Part shown: positions 57,868-64,000 of the stretch, one piece after another
How the letters are laid out: every line of letters starts with the position of its first letter
Position numbering within the stretch: position 1 is the stretch's first letter
DNA from: a virus
Taxonomy: Duplodnaviria; Heunggongvirae; Uroviricota; Caudoviricetes
Length of the DNA: 64,000 bases
IMG/VR virus record: IMGVR_UViG_3300005289_000054
Direction: 5' to 3' (one strand)
Made by a program: the position numbers and the translations under genes
The notes under the pieces: model-generated
The model's input: only the letters and a program-made list of their open reading frames with translations
The model's database searches: none
Told to the model about the DNA's origin: nothing

Positions 57868-60378
57868 TTAATATGCCATTCGACCAATTAGTTTGCTAAC
57901 AATGTAATTGGCTTGCAAGATACGTCCTGCTGTGTTTGGGTGAAGACCGTCTGCTAAATACAAATGTTGACTTCCTGTTTCAAGATCACGAATAATTCCA
58001 CATTCATGATGTTGATCGATAAGAGTAAATCCATACCGAAGAGCCATTTTAGAAAGACCATCAATCAAAGGGGATAATTCTGTACTGTCAGCACTTGCTC
58101 GTTGTAATGGGTTCGCATAAAAACAAACTGCATTAGGAAAGTTTTTCTTAATTGTCCAAAATGCCCAGCGTGCAGCTTCTAGTGTCTTAGTTCTATCTAG
58201 ATCATTGAGAGTAGCTTTTGACATTGCTGTTTCATAATCACCTAAACTTACTAAACCATCATTAGTACCCATTGCTGTGATAATAATGTCAGGTGTCTCC
58301 GCATTCGTAATTGCAGTATTAACTTGGTGAGACATCATTTGCCAAAGGTTAGTTTGACCATATTCTCTAAAAGCAGCACCAGATTTTGCATAGTTTCGGT
58401 ACGCAGACATCTGTAATTGTTCTTTAGCATACGTAGGCCAGTTTGGAAATGGTGTGGTTGTTTCATCAAAAATACCATCATCTACACGACTTGTTTGTGT
58501 GATAGAATCACCGAAGAATAAGTATTTAGCACCAAAAGCACGAGAAACCAAACCACCATCAGAACCAGAGCTTGCTATATCTGTTCCAAATAGAGCTTTT
58601 AAATCACCTTTAACATAAGCCTCATATGTTGTAGCTACTGAGCCACTTTCAATTTGAATAGTGTCTAAATTAAGTGACCAAGTATCGATTCCATCTTTAA
58701 GACAAATTTGGAAATAAACAGCATTTGCTGGGATGGTACTAGCAGTAACACCTGTTGCGTTAAGTAAAACAGGAGCATTACTGATCCAATTTTTATCTTT
58801 GTCTAAAAAACGATATGCTCGATATGCAACACTACTTGGTGTCAATCCACTTACAGTAAGTGAATTCAAACCTCTAATATAAATTGGTTGAGTAGTTACA
58901 CTATTGAGATGATATTGAAGAACACCCTGTGCAGTAATTCTATAGTTATATAAAAGTGGTGAACTCTTATCAAAAATATTTTTAGAAAGACTTTCAAAAA
59001 CAGGCTCAACGATTGCATAAACTTGTGCTGGATCAACATAAAAGTCTGCTGCATAAATGCTTTTTAATTTTCCTCTAATATAAGCTGTATAAGCTGTAGA
59101 AACTATTCCAACTTCAAGTTGAATTGTATCTAAGTTTAGAGTCCAAGTATCAATACCATCTTTTAATGTGAGTTGAAACCACATAGCATTTGTTGGTACA
59201 GTAATAACTTTAGCTGTTTGATTTAGGTCAATTGGAGCGTTACTAAGCCACTTCTTATCCTTATCAAGAAATCTGTAAGCTCTGTAAGCTTGTGTACTTG
59301 CAGTAAGACCACTAACTACAATAGAAGACATTCCTGCAACGCTTATCAAAGAAGTGGTTACACTGTTTGTATGTTCTTCTATATTACCAAATTGATTTAT
59401 TCGTCTATTCATTAATAGAGGAGAATTTTTATCAAAAAAGTTTTTTGATAAACTCTCAAAAATAGGATTGATACTATTAACCGTTCTTGCATCGAAAGTA
59501 GAATCTATATCTAAATTAACAGCAGTTTTTACTAGTGTTGTTAATGCTGTGTCATCACTAAATGTTAACCAACCAGACCACACATTTGAGGCATTTCGAA
59601 AACGATATGTAATTTTCTGAGAATTAAATGACCAAACATATTGGGCCACAACGCTAGTAGAAACAGGCATAACTAACATGTAAGCCCATTGGTTATTAAA
59701 CGGTGGTTTATTAGGGCTGCTATCCCACGTTGCTCCAGAAAAGAAGTAATACATTCCATAACCAGTAATTGTATTAAAATCTGTTGGTTCTGAAATAGGT
59801 TGTGGTTTAAATATTTTATTTGAATCAGAATAAGCTTTTGCCTGCGTTAGAGGGTCGAAAGTAGATTTTACAAAACTCGTACCATCATATTGATATAAGC
59901 CATTATTGGCACTGGTAGGATCATTTGTAATGTAAACCGAACTGTTTGCAGGGATATTTGCCTTATCAGTATTAGCTTCAGCTAATGTCTTATATGCCTT
60001 ATTACCTGTATTTGCGTATGCTGAAATTAAAGATTCAAGTTGGTCATCTAAAGAATCAACTTCTGATTTCGTGTAAGTTGTTGCCTTGTCTGCTTTAAGG
60101 TCTAATGCTTGTTGTTGTGCTGTGCTGACAGGCTTGTTAAGATCAGAAGTATTATCCGCGTGCTCTAATCCAACTTGATACTTAGTAACATTATGTGGAT
60201 TATTTTTATTTGAAGTGTGTGAATATAACTCTTCATCAGTAGCAAAATCACCATTAAGTTTAAAGTGTTCTGCAATTTCTCCTATTGTTACAGCGTAATC
60301 TCCGAATCCACCTGTAGGTATTTTCATTGCATCAATCGGCTTTAATGTCGGAAGGTTTTGAATTTTAATACTAGACAT
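57868..60378 (-). CDS. tail fibre protein with internal tandem domain duplication and C-terminal SGNH/GDSL esterase domain
   Basis: 836 aa. It carries GDSITQ, GTNDG and DGLHPN motifs. A segment of about 145 aa is duplicated in tandem (ESLSKNFFDK... and ESLSKNIFDK...). The N-terminus is paralogous to the 1137-aa fibre. Confidence 0.6.
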   Translation of the reverse strand: MSSIKIQNLPTLKPIDAMKIPTGGFGDYAVTIGEIAEHFKLNGDFATDEELYSHTSNKNNPHNVTKYQVGLEHADNTSDLNKPVSTAQQQALDLKADKATTYTKSEVDSLDDQLESLISAYANTGNKAYKTLAEANTDKANIPANSSVYITNDPTSANNGLYQYDGTSFVKSTFDPLTQAKAYSDSNKIFKPQPISEPTDFNTITGYGMYYFFSGATWDSSPNKPPFNNQWAYMLVMPVSTSVVAQYVWSFNSQKITYRFRNASNVWSGWLTFSDDTALTTLVKTAVNLDIDSTFDARTVNSINPIFESLSKNFFDKNSPLLMNRRINQFGNIEEHTNSVTTSLISVAGMSSIVVSGLTASTQAYRAYRFLDKDKKWLSNAPIDLNQTAKVITVPTNAMWFQLTLKDGIDTWTLNLDTIQLEVGIVSTAYTAYIRGKLKSIYAADFYVDPAQVYAIVEPVFESLSKNIFDKSSPLLYNYRITAQGVLQYHLNSVTTQPIYIRGLNSLTVSGLTPSSVAYRAYRFLDKDKNWISNAPVLLNATGVTASTIPANAVYFQICLKDGIDTWSLNLDTIQIESGSVATTYEAYVKGDLKALFGTDIASSGSDGGLVSRAFGAKYLFFGDSITQTSRVDDGIFDETTTPFPNWPTYAKEQLQMSAYRNYAKSGAAFREYGQTNLWQMMSHQVNTAITNAETPDIIITAMGTNDGLVSLGDYETAMSKATLNDLDRTKTLEAARWAFWTIKKNFPNAVCFYANPLQRASADSTELSPLIDGLSKMALRYGFTLIDQHHECGIIRDLETGSQHLYLADGLHPNTAGRILQANYIVSKLIGRMAY

Positions 60379-60405
60379 ATTTTCCTCGAATATTATTATA
60401 ATTTA

Positions 60406-62010
60406 TTATGGTATAGCTAACTCTTCAATACCTGTTGTATGTATTGTAAATACGTTACCTGAGTTCATACTTGACATTGAGCTTATAGTTTCATTTACTC
60501 CAGCAGCAGTAGCTGCATCTGAAATAATCGCCCCAGCTCTGATAGCCCAAAAAATCAATGCAGTTTGTTCTTGTTGAGAAGCTAAAATCTTACTATTAAT
60601 TTGGTTAACACCAATTGTTTTTATTTTATAATTGTCATTTGTTATGGTGAAGAAGTTTGCTGAAGTTGCTACGGTTACTGTAGGTAAAACTTTACCTTTC
60701 ATCCATAACATACCACCATAACGAGCAAAATATAAATTAGTATAAGTCATATTCCAATTGGCAGGAGTTACAAACGTACCAACTTGACTATGATGTACCC
60801 AAGTAATTCCTGTAGCAGCATCAGTTACAGACTTTTGTAGTTTACCCATTGCTGTTAAAACAGTATCAGATGCAGTAATTGCACTTGCTGAAGATGGAAT
60901 AGATAATCCTGTAAGGAGTGTATTACGAACAGTTGTTGCAAAATTACTTGTTAGATTATTCAGTTGTCCTTGTAGCTTACCAAATGCTGATAGAACACTA
61001 TCTGTTGCTGTAACTAAAGCATTACCAATTAACAAGTTTGTCAATAAGGTATTTTGAACTTTTGTCTCAGAGAATTGGTTTATATTATTAATCTGGTCTT
61101 GAGTTTTACCAAATGCTTGTAATACCGTATCAGAATTTGTAATTGAACCACCAGTAACAGGAACGAATCCAGCTAAGGGAGTTAATCTAACTCTTGGTTC
61201 TGTGAAATATAAATTTGTGCCTTCTGGAATCTGAGTGGTAATCGTATTATGTGGATTACCCTGAGATTGAGAATGATCATAAGCTATCTTACCTCTATCA
61301 CCACGATAAGCTGTAGCTGAAGTTTCACCTAGTGCTACTCCGCCGCCTCCAATCTCAACATAAGTTGACCCAGACCATCTATATGTTTTATTTACATCCA
61401 TTGCAATGTAAATCTTACCTGATTCACCAGTTGTGGGGAAAGAAGATAAATTTGGATATTCTATGACATCATCAACAAATGATGGCAATTGATTGGCAGG
61501 AATAACACCATTAACTAAATCTGCTTTAGTTGTTAATGCTTGATTAACAGCTTGTGCATCTGCTTTTAAATCAATTTGGTCTTGAAGTAAAGAATCTTGC
61601 TGGTCTACGTAAACTTTATTAGACTTGTCGGCAATAGAAGTTGCTAATGCTTGATCTTGTGAATCCACATAAGTTTTATTGGCTTTTAAATTAACTTGTG
61701 CAGTAATTGAAGAATCCACACTGTTTACATAACTTAAATCAGCTTTTGTGTCGTTTAAGTTGCCAATCTGATCATCGATGTCAACTCTAAGGGCATTAAC
61801 ACTTCCAATTGGTTCTGCACCAACATCTGAATAGTTTAAAGTAATGTGTTCGCCTGTTTTATTGTTTACACTCTGTATTCCACTTTGAGCTGTAGGGTTA
61901 GTTATCATTGCTCCAAAAGGAATAATGAATACTTTTTCACCTTCTTGGATTTGAGGATTTATATCATAAGGACTTACATCCCAATAAACTTTAATAACTG
62001 CTTCCATCAC
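60406..62010 (-). CDS. tail fibre/receptor-binding protein with short fibre repeats
   Basis: 534 aa. There are YVDSQD-type repeats, and three copies of a motif of about 30 aa (TLLTxL...SDTVLxAFGKLQxQxNN). Confidence 0.55.
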   Translation of the reverse strand: MMEAVIKVYWDVSPYDINPQIQEGEKVFIIPFGAMITNPTAQSGIQSVNNKTGEHITLNYSDVGAEPIGSVNALRVDIDDQIGNLNDTKADLSYVNSVDSSITAQVNLKANKTYVDSQDQALATSIADKSNKVYVDQQDSLLQDQIDLKADAQAVNQALTTKADLVNGVIPANQLPSFVDDVIEYPNLSSFPTTGESGKIYIAMDVNKTYRWSGSTYVEIGGGGVALGETSATAYRGDRGKIAYDHSQSQGNPHNTITTQIPEGTNLYFTEPRVRLTPLAGFVPVTGGSITNSDTVLQAFGKTQDQINNINQFSETKVQNTLLTNLLIGNALVTATDSVLSAFGKLQGQLNNLTSNFATTVRNTLLTGLSIPSSASAITASDTVLTAMGKLQKSVTDAATGITWVHHSQVGTFVTPANWNMTYTNLYFARYGGMLWMKGKVLPTVTVATSANFFTITNDNYKIKTIGVNQINSKILASQQEQTALIFWAIRAGAIISDAATAAGVNETISSMSSMNSGNVFTIHTTGIEELAIP

Positions 62011-62354
62011 GTAATTCCTTTAATCACTCTAAAGCTAAAGTTATGTGAATGTCTAACCTCATCTGAGATGGTAATTTTTAAATCTAAGGTTGCTATTCCA
62101 ATTTTCCAAAGTGAAGTTTGACTACTTGGAACAGATAAAAGAAAGAACCCAGAATCTGCAACTTGATCTGTATAAGGTGAAATTATTGGAGAGCTAATAA
62201 CTGTTCCTACTGAATTTACAATTTTACAATCAATTGTTATATCAGGGGTGATTGGAATTCCTACATTATTTGTTTGATCAAAAAATCTCATTGGAATATT
62301 AAAGCTATCACCAATTTTAAATAATGGTAAATCTGTACTACAATTGATTGTCAT
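62007..62354 (-). CDS. hypothetical protein (possible fibre-associated or assembly protein)
   Basis: 115 aa, coupled to the fibre gene. Confidence 0.4.
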   Translation of the reverse strand: MTINCSTDLPLFKIGDSFNIPMRFFDQTNNVGIPITPDITIDCKIVNSVGTVISSPIISPYTDQVADSGFFLLSVPSSQTSLWKIGIATLDLKITISDEVRHSHNFSFRVIKGIT

Positions 62355-62362
62355 AATCCACC

Positions 62363-62959
62363 TTAAAATAATGCATCTTCAAATAGTTTTGCATAGTCAG
62401 AAACTAAGGTTGCTTTATCTAAACCATTAATAATCTTTCTTGCGTTATAATAATCTTTGTTTGTATAATTTATATAATCAGACAATTTCTTACCAGTGAA
62501 CCATCCATCCATCATCCCAACAACCAATATTTCAGAAGCATATTTTAAATCCATTACTTGATCTGGGTTTCTTAAAAAGTCTGAATTTAATAGTTTTCCA
62601 GCTTTTAAATAATTATCGTACCAAGTTATTTGTAAATATGATCTTCCATAGTAAAGATGTGGAAAGTCTTTATGAAGATAAGCTTTATCTTTCTTTCCAT
62701 TTGTCCAGCTATACAACTCACCTCGTGAATTTTTATACCAAGTTCCGTATGGTCTTCCACTTCCCTTTCCATACTCTTCTATAGGTTGCATTGTTCTTGC
62801 TGTCTCATGATAAGTAGTAGCAAAAACATAAGCTGATTGTGTCTTACTTATTCCATGTTTATTTATTGATGCTAAAATGGAGTTTATGCCATCTACTTGA
62901 GTTTGTTTTAATGATCCACCAAACAATGTATTTCTTATTTTTGAAAAGTTAATGTTCAT
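62363..62959 (-). CDS. endolysin, glycoside hydrolase family 19 (chitinase-like lysozyme)
   Basis: GH19 signature TYHETA...YYGRSYLQITWYDNY. The start was moved to the MNINFSK Met after a GAGGA RBS. Confidence 0.65.
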   Translation of the reverse strand: MNINFSKIRNTLFGGSLKQTQVDGINSILASINKHGISKTQSAYVFATTYHETARTMQPIEEYGKGSGRPYGTWYKNSRGELYSWTNGKKDKAYLHKDFPHLYYGRSYLQITWYDNYLKAGKLLNSDFLRNPDQVMDLKYASEILVVGMMDGWFTGKKLSDYINYTNKDYYNARKIINGLDKATLVSDYAKLFEDALF

Positions 62960-63269
62960 TCTTGTGTTCCTCACAATGCTTTAATATTTTATTTATTCTT
63001 TCATCTCTTAAATTATATTCTTTAATAATATATTTAACTAAAAGCAATGTTGCGATAACAACAATAAAGAATGCTGATAACAATACAGGCTCTGGGGCTT
63101 TTTCCAAGTAATGAGCACTACTACCTAAAACAATAAGTGATAAAGCAGTTAGTGCTCTAAAGATAGCGCTCTTAAACGTGTTTGCAAATAGAGGGGTACA
63201 TTCACACCAAATAACAATAAATGTCTGTATAATTAAACAGAGTTGAATCAAAGCAATATATATAGTCAT
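62949..63269 (-). CDS. three-TM membrane protein (holin/antiholin candidate)
   Basis: 106 aa with three hydrophobic helices, immediately upstream of the endolysin. Confidence 0.45.
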   Translation of the reverse strand: MTIYIALIQLCLIIQTFIVIWCECTPLFANTFKSAIFRALTALSLIVLGSSAHYLEKAPEPVLLSAFFIVVIATLLLVKYIIKEYNLRDERINKILKHCEEHKNEH

Positions 63270-63283
63270 GATAAATCCTAATA

Positions 63284-63673
63284 TTATTTATTGGTAAACT
63301 TGGAAATCAAGTTTTTAATAATATCTTTAATACCAGTGAAAATTAAAGATATGATATCATCAGTGTTTTTTACAACAGCATCTAATATTTTTAATGATGA
63401 TAGTCCGAAAAGTAAGTAAATAAGAAAGCAGTACCAGTACTCTGTAACATGAAGTTTTACGATCAATGCATTTCCAACACCAATCGAAATAACAACACCA
63501 ACAACAATACAGGCGATACCAACTAAACTATAAAATATCTTCTCAGCTAATTCTTTCTTTTGCCATTCAACATCATGTCTTTTATACCAAACAGCTAAGG
63601 CACTTCCAATTAAAGAAGGGAATAACCATTTAAGAATACCGATGGCGGTAATTGTTGAGGTGTTTGCTTCCAT
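63284..63673 (-). CDS. multi-TM membrane protein (holin candidate)
   Basis: 129 aa with 3-4 TM helices and a charged C-terminus. Confidence 0.45.
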   Translation of the reverse strand: MEANTSTITAIGILKWLFPSLIGSALAVWYKRHDVEWQKKELAEKIFYSLVGIACIVVGVVISIGVGNALIVKLHVTEYWYCFLIYLLFGLSSLKILDAVVKNTDDIISLIFTGIKDIIKNLISKFTNK

Positions 63674-63674
63674 T

Positions 63675-63995
63675 TTATTTAACTCTTATTAGTGTAACAA
63701 AGGCTATATTTTTAGGACGTGTCTCGTCTCCCATTACATTAGGGTTTTCTTCATTAGGATCAGCACCTTGATAAACTTCTCCATCATTTGTATACCAAAG
63801 GTAGTTATCATTATCTAAACCACCACTAGAGCCTTGGAACCCTTTGTTACTTGATTTACCAAACAACCCAGCAGTTTCATATGTTTCACCTAGTTGTTGA
63901 ATATGCTTGTGCTTTTCTACAGTATCTTCTTGAATTGTTCCAAGCTCACGACCAGAATCAATTCCTTTACCATTATCCCATTCACGCTCAAACAA
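63675..63995 (-). CDS. hypothetical protein (Gly/Asn-rich)
   Basis: 106 aa. Its ATG lies 5 nt from the window edge, so the gene could extend further. Confidence 0.35.
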   Translation of the reverse strand: MFEREWDNGKGIDSGRELGTIQEDTVEKHKHIQQLGETYETAGLFGKSSNKGFQGSSGGLDNDNYLWYTNDGEVYQGADPNEENPNVMGDETRPKNIAFVTLIRVK

Positions 63996-64000
63996 ACCAC

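Overview
This 64 kb window reads as a contiguous piece of a large, AT-rich, virulent tailed dsDNA phage genome (visually roughly mid-30s % GC). It is almost entirely coding and very gene-dense, with many 4-nt ATGA stop/start overlaps. It contains no integrase, IS element or CRISPR array.

**Layout**
- 1–4590: small genes on the minus strand.
- 4600–5400: an 800-bp divergent control region carrying iteron-like repeats and a perfect palindrome.
- 5410–16341: a plus-strand early block. It holds a P-loop NTPase, many small ORFs, and a two-gene Prs-family plus Nampt-family cassette that matches the reported phage NAD+-reconstitution pathway NARP1 (Adps/Namat).
- 16387–35965: a long minus-strand block. 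It mostly encodes small hypothetical, often strongly acidic proteins. It also carries a membrane module (a PspA/IM30-like coiled-coil protein, an SPFH/band-7 lipoprotein and small TM proteins) and a nucleotide-metabolism module (ThyX, a HNH homing endonuclease, NrdH-like glutaredoxin, NrdA, NrdB).
- 35996–36654: a cluster of four minus-strand tRNAs. These are Met-CAU, an odd CUA-anticodon tRNA, a degenerate tRNA-like element and Arg-UCU.
- 36700–49700: a minus-strand replication block with a DEDD exonuclease, a HNH endonuclease, SSB, family-A DNA polymerase and a T7 gp4-like primase-helicase.
- 49700–54200: more small minus-strand genes.
- 54442–63995: a minus-strand late block. It encodes three tail-fibre proteins (two large paralogues, each with a C-terminal SGNH/GDSL esterase domain, one with an internal ~145-aa tandem duplication), a GH19 endolysin and two multi-TM holin-like proteins.

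I could also see several rho-independent terminators, two of them near-identical copies in opposite orientation.

All functional calls rest on motif recognition by eye. No database search was possible.
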